A stretch of 64,000 nucleotides of DNA from the human T2T-CHM13v2.0 reference genome, Homo sapiens: the NCBI RefSeq assembly GCF_009914755.1, contig NC_060925.1; one strand, written 5' to 3'. Shown one piece after another: positions 1 through 22,902 of this stretch. The position numbers and the translations under genes were made by a program. Numbering within the stretch: position 1 is the first letter of the stretch; each line of letters begins with the position of its first letter. Under the pieces are notes generated by a model. It saw only the letters and a list, made by a program, of their open reading frames with translations, did no database searches and was not told the origin of the DNA.

Positions 1-292
1 AGTAGAACTATATGCATTGACATGGAAAGGTTTCCAGACCTAGAACCCTCGGATATAAATAGTACCTAGTACTATTTTAGAAACTTTAATAAACAATTTT
101 TTCAGAAAGGTATTCACAAGTAAGTTTTTTGCAGTGGTTGCTTTGGGGAAGCGGGTAGGTTTGGGGTTGTGGAAGGGGGGAGATTTTTGCTTTCTCATTT
201 TATGCCTTTCTATACTATTTTACTTTCTCCCGTATGTGTGTATTATTCATATTTGTAAAAACAAAGAAAATGAAATGAGTTGACTTTTATCC

Positions 293-673
293 CCCTACTC
301 TGTCGTCCAGACTGGAGTGCAGGGGTGTGATCACAGCTCACTACAGCCTCAACCTCCCAGTCGAGGGGATATTTCCACCTCAGCCTCCCAGTGCTGCTAA
401 TTTTGTCTTCTAAATATTTATTGACCTCACCCCTCCTCTCTATCCTCACTTTTTGCCCTGTTTAAGGCCAGCTGGGACTACAGGCCTATGCCACCATGCC
501 CAGCTAATTTTTAAAATTATCTGTAGGGACAAAATTATTTGTAGAGACAAAATTATTTGTAGAGACAAAGTGTCGTTGCCCAGGCTGGTCTCAAACTCCT
601 GGGCTGCAGCAATCCTCCTGTCCGGCTCTCCCAAAGTGCCGGGATTACAGGTGTGAGTCACACATGCTTGGCC
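293..673 (-). mobile_element. AluJ-like SINE interrupted by an 80-bp templated insertion and an 18-bp triplication
   Basis: Antisense Alu motifs (ctggagtgcag, cctcagcctccc, ctcccaaagtgccgggattacaggtgtgag). Confidence 0.85.
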
Positions 674-1489
674 ATGAGTTGGCATTTTTACTAATCAAGT
701 TAGCAAAGTGTTTTGGTTTTGTTTAGTTGTTTTTAATGATGATTTTCTGCAGGAAGAGATATTGTGAAATGGATAACCTTACAATACCAGTGGCATTATA
801 AATTGTTGCAATCCTTTTTGAAAGAGGTTTGATAACATGTAACAAAAGGTTTTAAACATTTGTATATTTTGATACTGTAAACATTTTTAAGAAATCTATC
901 TTAAGGAAATCTGTCCCATACATGGAAAGCACTTTATATATAAAGATATCAATGAAATTATTATTTTAAATATCCCAACATTAGAAACAAATATCCCATA
1001 AAATATGAATTAAAGCACATCCATAGACAGTCAATATTATCTATTTAAAATAATATTTACAAAGATTTTGTTACAAAATAAATACGTTTGAGGTGTAATG
1101 TTAAGAGAAAAAAATATCACACACTGTTAGACTTAGTGGACAGAATGATCACAACCATGTTAAAGGATCTTCTTAGAAAAATACTGACAGGAATGTTAAT
1201 TAGTGGGTAGCAGAACTTTTTCTTATCCTAGCTTTCGATAATTTCCAAGTTTTCTAAAATAAGCATTTATTATTTTATATTGGAAAAATAACTATTCTGT
1301 AAAGAGGAAATGAGACATGCTTGGTATGATTTGTTCATAGTCAATGTGTTCTGAGGCTAAATTAATCCACCATTTTAATTTCTAAATGAAATGTTCATTT
1401 ACTGTTTCCAAAAATTGGCTACAGCATTTTGCCAAGGACCAATCATCAAACTTGCCAATTTTTATTATCCAAAGACACTCATTACTCAT

Positions 1490-1975
1490 CACCAAGTGCT
1501 GCTAATTTTGTCTTCTAAATATTTATTGACCTCACCCCTCCTCTCTATCCTCACTTTTTGCACTGGTTAAGGCCTTTATCCTGACCGCACCTCCAGCTTC
1601 ATTCTGGTTTCCCTCCATTTCACCCTCCACTCTGCCATGAGAGCAGTCTTTTTACAACACTGTTATACCACATTATTCATTTACCAAAACCTTCCCATAG
1701 CTCTTATGGCCCCAGGGCCACAGGGTTCTTGGTGAACCTACCAGACTCTCCTGACCCAAGCCCTGTCTGCATCTCCCCATCTCTCTTCAGCTGAGAATAC
1801 AGAGGTGCTCATGGTTCTCTGAGCTCACCCTGCCACTTTACAACTCCTTGGCTTTGTTCATACCATTGCTTCAATCTAGAACCTTCTTCATTTGCTAACT
1901 CTCTGCCTTCCCCATGCCTCAGGCCCAACATCTGCTCCTCCAGGAAGACTTCTCTGACCCACCAGGCTGGGTCAC
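1490..1975 (+). mobile_element. L2 LINE fragment (ancient)
   Basis: Degenerate L2 3' motifs (ctccactctgcc...tcttttt; ctcctccaggaagacttctctgacc). Confidence 0.55.
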
Positions 1976-1999
1976 AAAAGTGAACAAACCAATACTGCT

Positions 2000-2190
2000 T
2001 GTTAGGTTTTCAGAGCATTTGCATATAGAATAACACATCTAGCCCTCGTAATAACCCCGTGAAAATGGCAAGAAACACATTATCCACATTTTACAGATAA
2101 GAAAGGTAAGATTCAGACAACATACTTGGTTGAAATCATGTGGCTCATAGGGCAGAGCCAGGACTGGTACCCCGGTAAACCTTGACCTTA
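2000..2190 (-). mobile_element. MIR fragment
   Basis: MIR core attatccacattttacagataagaaa. Confidence 0.55.
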
Positions 2191-2324
2191 AATACAACGT
2201 TTGGTTTTTGTTTTGTTTTATTTCCTTTCGTGCTTGCTTTCTGAGCTGCTAAGATTAGAGAGGCAAACCTAGAGAGGCTGAGGAGCTGTTCAGGAGAAGG
2301 GGAATCTAGCTGATAGAGAATCTT

Positions 2325-4612
2325 GACATTTTTCAGTATGTCAATTGCCTTTTTCAACTCCAGAATTTCTTCCTGATTCTTTTTAATTATTTCAATTTCT
2401 TTGTTAAATTTATCTGATAGAATTCTTAATTCTTTTTCTGTGTTACCTTGAATTTCTTTGAGTTTTGTTCAAACAGCTATTTGAAATTCTCTGTCTGAAA
2501 GGTCACATATCTCTGTCTCTCTGGGGTTGTTCCCTGGTGCCTTATTTAGTTTGTTTGGTGAGGCCATGCTCTTTTGAATGGTCTTGATGCTTATGGATAT
2601 TTGTTGGTGCCTGGGCTTTGAGGAGTTATTCATAATCTGGGCTTGTTTGTACCTGTCCTTCTTGGAAAGGCTTTCCAGGTATTTGAAGGGACTTGGGTTT
2701 GGTGACCTAAGTTTTTGATCACTGCAGCCATATCTGCTTTAGGAAGTACTCCAAGCCCAGTAACACTGGTTCTTGCAGACTCGTAGAGGTACGCCCATGG
2801 GGTCTTGGATAAGATCTGGGAGAATTCTCTGGATTACCAGGCAAAGACTCTTGTTCTCTTTTCTTACTTTCTCTCAAACAAATGGAGTCTCTCTCTGTGT
2901 GTTGAGCTGCCTGGAGCTGAGGGAGGGGTGACACCAGCATCCCTGTGACCAGTACCTCTGAGACTGCACTGGGTCAGACCTGAAGCCAGCACAGCACTGG
3001 GTCCTGCCCAGGCCTGCTGTAACTACTCCCTGGCTACTGTCTATGTTCAATCAAGGCCTTGGGGCTCTACAATCAGCAGGTGGTGAAGCCAGCCATGCTT
3101 GTGTCCCTCCCTTAAGGGCAGCAATCCCTCTGGCCCCCAGGCAGGTCCAAAGATGCCGTCCTGGAGCGAGGGCCTGGAGGCAGAAACCCTAGAAGTCTAC
3201 CTGATGCTCTAGTCTAATGTGGCTGAGCTGTCACCAAAACCACCAGAAAAAGTCCTTCTCACTCTTCTCTCCCCTTTTCCCAGGCAGAGGAGTCTCTCCC
3301 CATGTCTGCCACCACCATAAGTTCATGGAGAGTACTGCCAGGGTACCACTAATGTTCACTTAAGGCCCAAGGGCTCTTCAGTGAGCTTTTGGTAAATGCT
3401 GCCAGGCCTGGGACTCACTCTTCAGGTAAGTGGGCTCCCCTCTGGCCCAGGGTAGGTCCAGAGATGCTGTCGAGGAGCCAAGGCCTGGAATCAGGGACCC
3501 CAAGAGCCTGCTTGCTGCACTTTTCCACTTTGGCCAAGCTGGTACCTAAGCCCACATCAAAGTCTCCTTTACTCTTCCCTCTTCTTTTCTTGGGAAGAAG
3601 GGGTCTCTCCTCATAGCCACCACTGCTATGAATGTTCTGGGTCACACCTGAAGCCAGCACATCTCTGAGTCTCATCCAAGGCACATGGTGTCCACTACCT
3701 GGCTACTGCTGCTGATTATTCAGGCCCAAGAGCTTTTTAGTCAGCAGTTGAGGAATTCTGCCAGGAATGGGTTCTCCCCTTCAAGGCAGCAGGTTCCCTT
3801 CTGGCTCAGCATGTATCTAGAAATGTTGTTCAGGAGCTAGGGCCTGGAATTGTGGCCTTATGACTCTGTCCAGTGCCCTGTCCTACATTGGCTGAGTTGG
3901 TATCCACATTGCAAAACTAAGTCCTCTTTACTCTTTTCTCTACTCTCCTCAAGCAGAAGGAAGGGGTCTCTTTTGAAGCTGTGAGCTGCACTGCCTGGGG
4001 TTGTGGGAGAGGTGGTGTAAGCGATTTCTTAGCCCTGCCCAGCCGGTGTCTCATTAGGTCATGCACCCACAGAGTCCACTGGATCTAAGCCCTGCACAGT
4101 CCTAGGTCTTGCCTAGAAGTTGTAGTCCTTGTGGCCTAGGGTGCCTTTCAAGTTTATTTAGAACCCCACAGCACTTTAGCCTGTGGGTGAGGCTTGTTGA
4201 AACCTAAGTTCCAACTGCCAGGATGGGCAATTCTTCTCTGGCAAGGGTTGGTCTAAATGCTCCCTCTTGTGAGTGCCAGCTGAGTTCTGCCTGGGTTGGC
4301 AGCAGTGTATTCCAGTGCAAATTCCCACAATTACTGCATTCTCCCTCTCCCAAGAACATATAATTCTCTCACCATGCCATTTGGCCATCCATTGCCAGGG
4401 GGATGGGGAAGGGGTGGTGTTGGCAATTCAAGACTATCTTTCCTCCTCTTCAGTGCCTCTTTCAGAGATATGAAGTTAAAACCAGGTACTGTGATTGCTC
4501 ACCTGATTATTGGTTCTTATGAAGGAGCCTTTTGTGTAGTTGTTAAATTTTGTGTTCCTGTGGGGAGGATGATTGGTGGAAGCTTCTGTTCAGCTATCTT
4601 GCTCCACCTCCT
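2325..4612 (-). mobile_element. Old L1 (L1M1/L1MA-type) 5'UTR plus start of ORF1; rest of element absent here
   Basis: Antisense ORF1-like AT-rich part 2325-2520, then GC-richer 5'UTR with internal repeats (cctgaagccagcac at ~2979 and ~3647), ending cagctatcttgctcc. Confidence 0.7.
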
Positions 4613-5186
4613 CTCTCCCACCTGCCTTTGAATCTCTGTCAAGATGCAAATGATGGCGGCTGACTCCACTGCGAACTCAGAATAAATAGCCTTCGCTTTT
4701 CTCGTTTGGTTGACCTTTGTTTATTTCGGCACTTGAGAAATAAATGAAGAGCTTTTTATTATTCTGGAAATTATGGGAAGACTCTTGGTATTAAAGTATC
4801 AACATAGGATACTTTACCTTTGATATCAGTAGCAATTGTGAATTATATAAACAGAGTCCAAATGACTATTAGACCAGAGCAGGGCAGGTGCAGGAAGGAT
4901 GAAAAACAGAAATGCGTAATTTGTATAAAAAGTAGCCATATTGGAAGAGGTATCAAATATGTAATTTATCTTTCCAATCATATTCCTCTTTTTTCCTTGA
5001 GAACAAGTTGCATATGTATCACTGTTAGTCATGAAAAGGGACATTACCATTGAAGCTATTCCTCTGTTCTCAACTTCCTCTACCTCTTTTGGTTCCTGGT
5101 ATTGCCTTCTTTCTTCAGTCAGCTTGATATAACCCTTTTGCTTTAAACAAAAACATCTTCTTCTTCTTATATTTCACCAAGTCATG

Positions 5187-5360
5187 AGACCAGCTATGTA
5201 ATTTGTGGGCCTAGCACAGAATGAAAATGTGAGGCCCCTGGCTCAAAAAATATGAACAACTTTTAGATGGTGACAGTAGAACATTATTAATTCAAGCATG
5301 AGGGCCTCCTGAGTTGCTTCTAAGACCCACACAGGTTACACACCTAGAAAGCCAGCCTTG
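5187..5360 (-). mobile_element. MER45A-like hAT-Tip100 MITE
   Basis: accagctatgtaatttgtgggcc...aatgaaaatgtgaggcccc resembles reverse complement of MER45A. Confidence 0.65.
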
Positions 5361-6319
5361 TTAGGCTGAAAGGTAAACAAATACATCTTAGGAAACCTTT
5401 CCTCTTCTTTCTCTGCTTCATTTTCTCTTTGCTTTGCTAAGGCAATAATCTCTGGGAAATGCCACCCTTTTTATAACAATAAAACAAAAAGAAGATGAGC
5501 AGAATTTCCCCCTACCTTTCTATTCCCAGTTAACCCCCGTTTATATTTTGGAGGTTCTATGCTCCCAGGGAGGAAAGATTCTGCCTCCATACTCTCTTTG
5601 GTCTTCATCAACAGTACTTTATCAACTCTGAGACCTAAGATCCTACAAACTAAGCATGTGGGACCATCAAATGGGCTTTTCTAGGCTGGGAGTCCACATA
5701 AAAGCAAGACTAACGCATTCTTTTTAAGAAAGAACAGAAATCTTTCAGTGATAGATAAAAATTAGATACGGAAAGTTCATAAACTGGGTTAAGTGAATCA
5801 TTAGATCGTGCTGTTATTTGCTAAAAATAATAAAAACACACACTGAATAGCAAATGGCCATGAATATTTAACCATCACAGATTCCTTTTTTATGTGCAGT
5901 GCATTGTAGCTGTTCTAATGTACAACAAAGAAAGAACAGTGGGAAAGTGCTGTAGACCTAATGGGGATTTTTGTTGTCTTTCTACCGTAAAGAAATGAAT
6001 CTCTCGTCTTGTGGTTTCAAAATACCAATCTTTGGCAACTAAGACCAGATGATGCTTGTAAATATGATAATCAGACAACAAATCCATTATTCATCCTCCC
6101 CTGGAAAATGTATTGGCATAAAGTTTAGGCAGTATAATTTCAGACAAAACCTGAAAATTTTTCAGAACAGGATTTAACTAGGACTATATTTTATAAAACT
6201 GAAAGCTTACTTTAAATTACATAACATATAAAACCCAAGCACCTTGAACTCCAATGGGACTTTTCCACCATCACCAACATGAGTTTTCTGGTCTTTCAAA
6301 AAAGTTAGGGCATTTAGTA

Positions 6320-6947
6320 CAGTTGTCCCTTGGTATTTGGGGGATTGGTTCCAGGACCCCCATAGTTATCAAAATATGTGGATGCTCAAGTCCCTGATAT
6401 AAAATGGCATGATATTCGCATATAACATACATACATCTTCACATACACTTCAAATAATCTCTAGATTACTGAGGCCAGGCAGGGTGGCTTACACCTGTAA
6501 TCCCGGCACTTGGCTTTGGAAGGCCAAGGTGGGAGGATTGCTTGAGCCCAGGAGTTCAAGACCAGCCTGGGCAACATGGTGAGACCCTGAATCTATAAAA
6601 AATACAAAAATTAGCCAAGCATGCTGATGCATGCCTATAGTCCCAGCTACTCGGTAGGCTGAAGTCGGAAGATCACCTGAGTCAGGAAGGTTGAGGCTGC
6701 AGTGAGCCATAATCGTATCATTACACTCCAGCCTAGGCAACAGAGTGAGACCTTGTCTCAAAATAAATAAATAAATAAATAGATTACTTATAATACTTAA
6801 TACCATAGGCATGCTATGTAAATGGTTGTCATATAGTATCTTTTTAAAATTTTTTAATTTATTGTTATTTTGAAATTTTTTAAGTATTTTGATCTGTATT
6901 TGGTTGAATACACAGATGCAGAACCCAGACATGTAGAGGGTCAACTC
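6320..6947. mobile_element. MER2 (Tigger-derived MITE) split by an Alu
   Basis: TA|cagttgtcccttggtat...ggattggttccaggacccc start and gagggtcaactc|TA end. Confidence 0.75.
6473..6780 (+). mobile_element. AluJ inserted in MER2
   Basis: Full dimer, (TAAA)n tail, TSD tagattact at 6462-6470 and 6780-6788. Confidence 0.9.
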
Positions 6948-7284
6948 TATACCTCTATTTTTTCTTTGTTTAGGATCTTGGGCCTCTAGAGATTAAGGCA
7001 CTAATAGGACTAGTCACCAGGTTGGTTATGTCTTCCTTCAGTCCCATTCTCACATAGCATTTGTGCTGGTAGACATTTCCTGGGGACCATTCAAGCCAGT
7101 GTGCTCATCACTCCCATCACCTAAAATCCTTTTAATTCCCTTCCCTTCCCTTCAACTCTCATGCTTTAGAAATATTTATCTACCAAAACCCATTTACTAA
7201 ATGTAGGCTTAATATGGGAAACTGTTATTTCCATTAGGCTTCATGAATTAATTAAAATAATTAAAGGATTTCCCCCTTAATAAT

Positions 7285-7440
7285 AATAACTAAGGTTTAC
7301 TATGCCAGGCATTGTTCAATCATATTGTATCTATCATCTCCGTGTAAACCCCGTAATAAGCCTATGAGCCTTATATTCCCTGATAAGGAAACTAAGCCTT
7401 AGAGAGGTTGGGGAATGTGCTCAAGATCACAGAGCTCTTA
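7285..7440 (-). mobile_element. MIR fragment
   Basis: gataaggaaactaagccttagagagg...tgctcaagatcacag. Confidence 0.55.
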
Positions 7441-7477
7441 CCCCATTTGCCCATGCCCACAAAACTCATCGGTGTCA

Positions 7478-8750
<1,273 letters not shown>

Positions 8751-10513
8751 ACTGCATCATATTGCATTTTGTTAAATTATATGTGTATGCCTGGGAGTTG
8801 AAATGTGAGAAAATGACACGGCTCTTTCTCTTCCTAATGCAGATTGCTTTTTAAAATATTATCTATCCAACCTGTTTTTTTACATATAGTATTTTTTTTT
8901 CTCCAACATTTCAATACACCACTTAAAATTCGACCTAAAAAAGAAAGTATTAAAGCATGTGTTTCAAATGGGGGGAAAAATCCAGCAGCTATGACTAATG
9001 TCTTCAATTTATAGTATATCCAATTTGGAGAAGACCATGCTTTTTCATAAAGTTGCATAACTGCTAACAAAAACATTTTCAGCCACAGGATGTGTTTTTG
9101 GAAGAATGTAGCCCTTCGCTAGACGAGGAAAAATGTAAAAACCAAGGGCACAGCTTTCCTTGATACACGTCTTACCCAATACAGATAAGGCACTCAAATA
9201 CTTATCAAATTGAATGTTCTCTCCTTATATAATGTATGATATTGGGCAGAAGTAGGTTGTCACATTCTTCATATTAATGGTTCATTCTAATTCTACATAG
9301 CTTTTCCTTGTGAACTATCTAGGTATTGACAACTATTGAGTACCATCATCAAAAAGGATTAAAGGAAGTGAGTGAGGGATGATGTCATGTATTTCTACAT
9401 CTACCTCTTCTGGATTAAATAATCAAAACAAAGAGGCCTGTATATTACCCACTTTCTAATATTTGTTGTTACAGCCCTTTGGACATGAAATAATAGTGAA
9501 TAGACTTTCAAATGAATCACAAGAACTAGAGCTCCAGTTAACTTGTTGACTGCAGTCATGTAAGAAAGTAAGACCCCAAGGAGGGTAACAGGTTAGACTG
9601 GTGAATACCTGAACTTAACACTGTGCTTTGGCAGTCTTTTTCACCCTTATATATGAGAATATAAAATCTGGGTCAGAACCAAGATGTATAAGTCTGACTT
9701 GAGAATAAACTGAACACAATCTCTTTAAAATACACAGAAGTAAAAGTTTTTAAAACTCACAAACTGTAACTTATCAATAGTCCAATAGAAAAGTTTAAAC
9801 TCTTAGTTGCATAACGATTCATATTTTTATTTTTAAGTGTGCAAAAAAAAGTTGAAAGCAGCAACATCTGACCCTGTTGTCTATATCAAGCTAATAAGAA
9901 CAGGTTTTAAATTCTAAGCTATTATTTTGTTTTTCACCTTGAGTATTCATTTTGCTGCCGAAGTAGAAGATGTGAAAATTAAGATCTATAGAACACAGTT
10001 TTGAATCAATCATCAAAAGCAAAAAAAAAAAAAAATTGTTTTCAAGGATGGGAACGAATTCTGACATTTTAATTACAAGCTCAGTAGAAAGTTTTCTAGT
10101 AGTCTGTGGGCTTTGAAAATCATTATTATGTTGTCATTACAAATTAATGACTATAAAAGAAATCAGTTTTGAATGCTAACGGTAAATTACAGAAAAAAAC
10201 TTATGGAACTGCTTCCTATCTCCTGATGTACCAAGAGTATTCATCATAATTTACTTGATTAAGAAACCCAAACAGTGGAAAAATACAGAGACATAGATTT
10301 TTGAAATGGTATTATATAAATATAAGCCAGCTTTTTCTTAGCAATTCAAAAGATGCTCATCATAACACATTTGTAATATCAAAAAACTAGAAGCAACCTA
10401 AATATTCAGCAACATGAGAATGAGTAAGTAATTACAGTACATCCAATTGGTAGATTATGCAATTATTGAAAGTTATAAATATAACTTATATGTCAGATTG
10501 AAAAATGTAAGTA

Positions 10514-13220
<2,707 letters not shown>

Positions 13221-13406
13221 TAATGTAAAGTTTTTCATTTTACATATGCAAATATTTATGCATGCTCTGAATACACCATGTAAAACTATGCACAAGAGAA
13301 AATAATAGAACAGAAAGTACAGAAATTGTTATAGAATTTATATTTGTGTGGTGAGATTATGGATTTTTCTTTTCAAATCTCATGTATGTTTAAATTCTAT
13401 TTATAA

Positions 13407-13730
<324 letters not shown>

Positions 13731-14667
13731 TAATTTTCACTTTTGAAGACCTATCATATGCTGAAGTATATTCATTAAATTCAACTCTATGAAATTGTCA
13801 GTTTCATGTAGGTCAATCATCTTTGACCTACAGAAATTGCAATGTATACTTCATTCTAATAGTGTATTATCATTGTTCAACTAACAAAATGAATCTGTTT
13901 TGGAATAAAAGTGGCTAGCTCCTATTCTAAAATGTTCTTTAAGCTTCAAAATAAGTCTAACTTCTGGAAAATTGTTGGTGAAATAAATTACTTCAAAATC
14001 ACATTTGAAAACTGTGACTCCAAAATAATCAAAACACAATGGAGGTTTTTGATTTTGAAGAAAATAAACTCAGGTCAGACTGTTTTGAGTTGATGTAGAG
14101 CTATTGCCATTGTATTTCTTTTTTTAACATCTTTAAAATAGTGTCATGTTCATTTTTAATTATTCAACAGCCAGTTTAAAGTAAAACATTAATAATTTAA
14201 TAAGTAAATTTGCTTCTAACCTGTGCTGCGAATGACATTTAAATTGCTTCATACTCTATGATTACTCAGAGATAATTAGTCTTCTAAATATTACTGTAAT
14301 GAAGACCATGGGTTTAATGAATCATACATATTCAAACCAAATAGAATCTTTACTGAATATTTAAGTTCAGCATAAAAATTGTTTAACAATTGGTTAGAAT
14401 TCAAAAAATTGTCTAAGGCAAGCCAGGCCATGAAAACGTACAGTGAAATTAAATGTATTTATAGGAATATTGAAACAACAGTTCTAGAAAAAAGAAGTTG
14501 ATCATCCTGGGTTTGAAGTGAAAATGCACTTCAGCTTTGATATACAATAGTTATTGTGTTTGACATTATGGATCAGGGTTTCTGAATTTCAGTGAAGCAT
14601 TTTACAATCTTTTATATTTGTTACTAAAGCACATAAATATGGATTCCTTGGAGGAAGACACAGGAGG

Positions 14668-14677
14668 GTGTGTGTAT

Positions 14678-14719
<42 letters not shown>
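14668..14719. repeat. (TG)n microsatellite
   Basis: Direct reading. Confidence 0.95.
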
Positions 14720-14721
<2 letters not shown>

Positions 14722-14836
14722 ACATCATCTGTATCATAAGCACCAAGCATAGTGCCTGGCACATGATAGATGACAAGTAAAAGTTTAATGAATAAATACC
14801 TGGGTTGGTTGAACAGGTATATGTTTTTTAAAAGTG

Positions 14837-14884
14837 TGCACTCCAGCCTGGGTGACAGAACAAGACCATGTCTCAAAAACAAAC
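14837..14884 (+). mobile_element. Alu 3' fragment
   Basis: tgcactccagcctgggtgacagaacaagaccatgtctcaaaaac. Confidence 0.75.
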
Positions 14885-14889
14885 AGACA

Positions 14890-15760
14890 AATCGTGTATC
14901 TGATAAGAGGTTAATATCCAGGATATATGAAGAACTACTGCAACTCAACAACAACAACAAAAAACCCAATTTTAAAATGAGCAAAAGACTAGAATAGGCA
15001 TTTCTCTAAAGAAAAGAAAATATACATATGGCCATAAGTGGATGAAAAGATGCTCAGCATGTCTAATAATCAGGGAAATGCAAATCAAAGCTGCAATAAG
15101 ATATCTCCTCACACCCGCTAGGATAACTACTATTTTAAAAAAGACAAACAGAAAATAACAAGTGTTGGGAAGGATGTGGAGAAATTGGAACTCTTGTGCA
15201 CTGTCAGTAGGAATATAAAATGGTGTTGCTACTACAACAAACAGTATAAAATTTCCTCAAAAAATTAAAAATAGAATTACTGTATGATCCAGCAATTTCA
15301 CCTCTGGATATAAACCCAAAAAACTGAAAGCAAGATCTCAAAGAGATATTTGCACACCCATGTTCATTGTAAAATTGTTCACAATAGCCAAGAGGTGGAA
15401 GCAAGCTGAATGTCCATTGGTGGATGAATGAATAAAGATGATGTGGTATGTACATACAATGGAATATTAGCCTTGGAAAAGAAGGAAATACTTTCACATG
15501 CTACAACATGGATGAACCTTGAGGACATTGTGCTAAGTGAAACAAGCCAGTTGCAAAAAGAGAATCTGCTTGCATGGAGTATGTAAAAAAGTCATATTCT
15601 TGGAAAGTAGAATGGACATTGCCAGGGGAGGAAGTGGGAAGTTCAATGGATGCAGAGTTTTAGTTTTGCAAGATGAAAAGTTCCTAGGGATCTATTGCAC
15701 AACAATGTGCATGTAGTTGACACTACTGAACTGTGTATTGAAAAAGGGTTAAGATTGCAA
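14890..15760 (+). mobile_element. L1MB/L1MA 3' end (ORF2 C-terminus plus 3'UTR)
   Basis: SDKRLISRIYEELLQLN motif; tatgatccagcaatttcacctctgg; ttttgcaagatgaaaagtt 3'UTR. Confidence 0.8.
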
Positions 15761-17196
15761 AAATCAATCTTAGGCAATTTGATTTTTCAAGACACAGACA
15801 TCTACAAATGTTATTATTGAAGAAACCAATGCATCATTACGGATTATGCCTTTGGTAGTGTCTCCAGGTGCAAGGAATAACAGAAATAAAAGTCACATGA
15901 TGTGTGAACCCCAGAGCTTTGGGGAGACTCCTATACCAGGTCTGAAGTGACCTAATAGGAAGTAGCTGTTATTCATAGTCAATGCCATATTAATGAAGAG
16001 AATGAACAACCTCAAAATGGTCTAATATCATGACTTTATCTAACTGTATCTAAATACACAACAGCAATTTGCTTTCCTTTTTAGGTTTACATGTAATAAA
16101 AGTATTTAACAATCAGCCTCTTTAGTCTCTTCCAAGAATTCATAGATTTTTTTTTCATATAGGGACAGCATTTTAGATACTAGAGTTTTTTTAAAAAGTT
16201 TAGAGTTTCATATAGTTTGAAAGAGGAACTCCTTCAATATTTAGTAACTACATTTCAGCATTTGGATCATTTGCAGCTTTCTTTACCTCCTCAATTTAAT
16301 TACAAACACCTTCAACAGAGAGTTAGCAAACTAATTAGCAATTCCTTTTCCTTAAAAAATACTCCTAATCAAGGAAGATGATCATTTTTGATTAAACAGC
16401 AACCAGTTATCAAATGTAAATTTGCAATTGATTACAGAACAAAATATAGTGTGTGCTTTCCCTCTTAGTAACAGTAAGCATTATTTTTTCCAAGCAGTTA
16501 TATTTAGTTTCTCAGATTAATTTAGGCTGATCCATCTCTTTTGATGGTGTACTCCCTAGGAATGCCTATATTACTTCCCAGGAGAATTATCCCTGTGCAA
16601 ATAAAATATCCAGATGCAAAGTATGCATATGGTAAAAAGGAATCTGGCAGTTGCCCAAGTATTTTAACAATTTGGATGCTACCTACCTACAATAAATCAG
16701 TCTTTCAAATTTGTCAGGGAATAGGTCATGAGAAACAATATTTAGTGCGAAAAGATACAAAGCTAACTGTCTAGAATGACTGTGTCTTCTTAGGGGTGCC
16801 TACTATAGTCCAAATACCATCCAAGGTCCTTGGAATCTATCTGTGGGCAAGACAGAGTTTCTGCCCTCAGCAAGTTTATAAGCTGATTGGGAAGACAGGC
16901 AAGTTACAAGGCAATCACAAATCAGTATGACATGTGCTACCAATGGGAAATAAGCAGGTAGATATAAAAAGGGTTCCTGACACTGGGGGAGTTTGGGAGG
17001 CAAGAAAGAGATGCCGCGTGAGAATAGTACTGAAGGACCAATAGAGGTTAGATAGGTAAGGAAGAATGAAGGAGCACTAAACATGGAAAGGAATGACCGG
17101 TACCAGCCACTGCAAAAATATGCCAAATTGTAAAGACCATCGAGGCTAGGAGGAAACTGCATCAACTAATGAGCAAAATAACCAGCTAACATCATA

Positions 17197-22133
<4,937 letters not shown>

Positions 22134-22502
22134 TAGCATTAGGAGAAATACCTAATGTAAACGACCAATTAATGGGTGCAGCCCACCAACATGGCACATG
22201 TATACATATGTAACAAATCTGCACGTTGCGCACATGTACCCTAGAACTTAAAGTATAATAATAAAAGAAAAAAGAAAAAAAAAGGTAAGGAAGAATCAAC
22301 ATGTGCATTTGCAGAGGTATGAACGATCTTGTCTTTGGGAAAGAAGTTTAGTTTGTCTATAATCGAAGTGAGAGGAGAAAATGGTGAGAAAAGAGACTAG
22401 AGTGATAAAGAAGAACCATTTTATGAAGAACAACAGTATGCACCTTCTGAAGAAATTTGCTTGCTATTCTAAAAGCAATATTGTAAGGTCTATTTTAATT
22501 AA

Positions 22503-22851
<349 letters not shown>

Positions 22852-22902
22852 AAGAAGGCAGTTAAATATATTCTTCCTTCTTTAAGTTACACTTAACTTC
22901 AG

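Noticed and set aside
513-566. CRISPR-like repeat array
   Set aside because: Units are contiguous with no spacers, lie inside an Alu, and the DNA is human.
13796-13820. Minus-strand resemblance of the hairpin arm to miR-192/215
   Set aside because: It needs indels and mismatches just after the seed, and no miR-194 partner is visible.
16210-16380. Protein-looking frame LKEELLQYLVTTFQHLDHLQ
   Set aside because: No recognisable family, weak acceptor and no partner exons.
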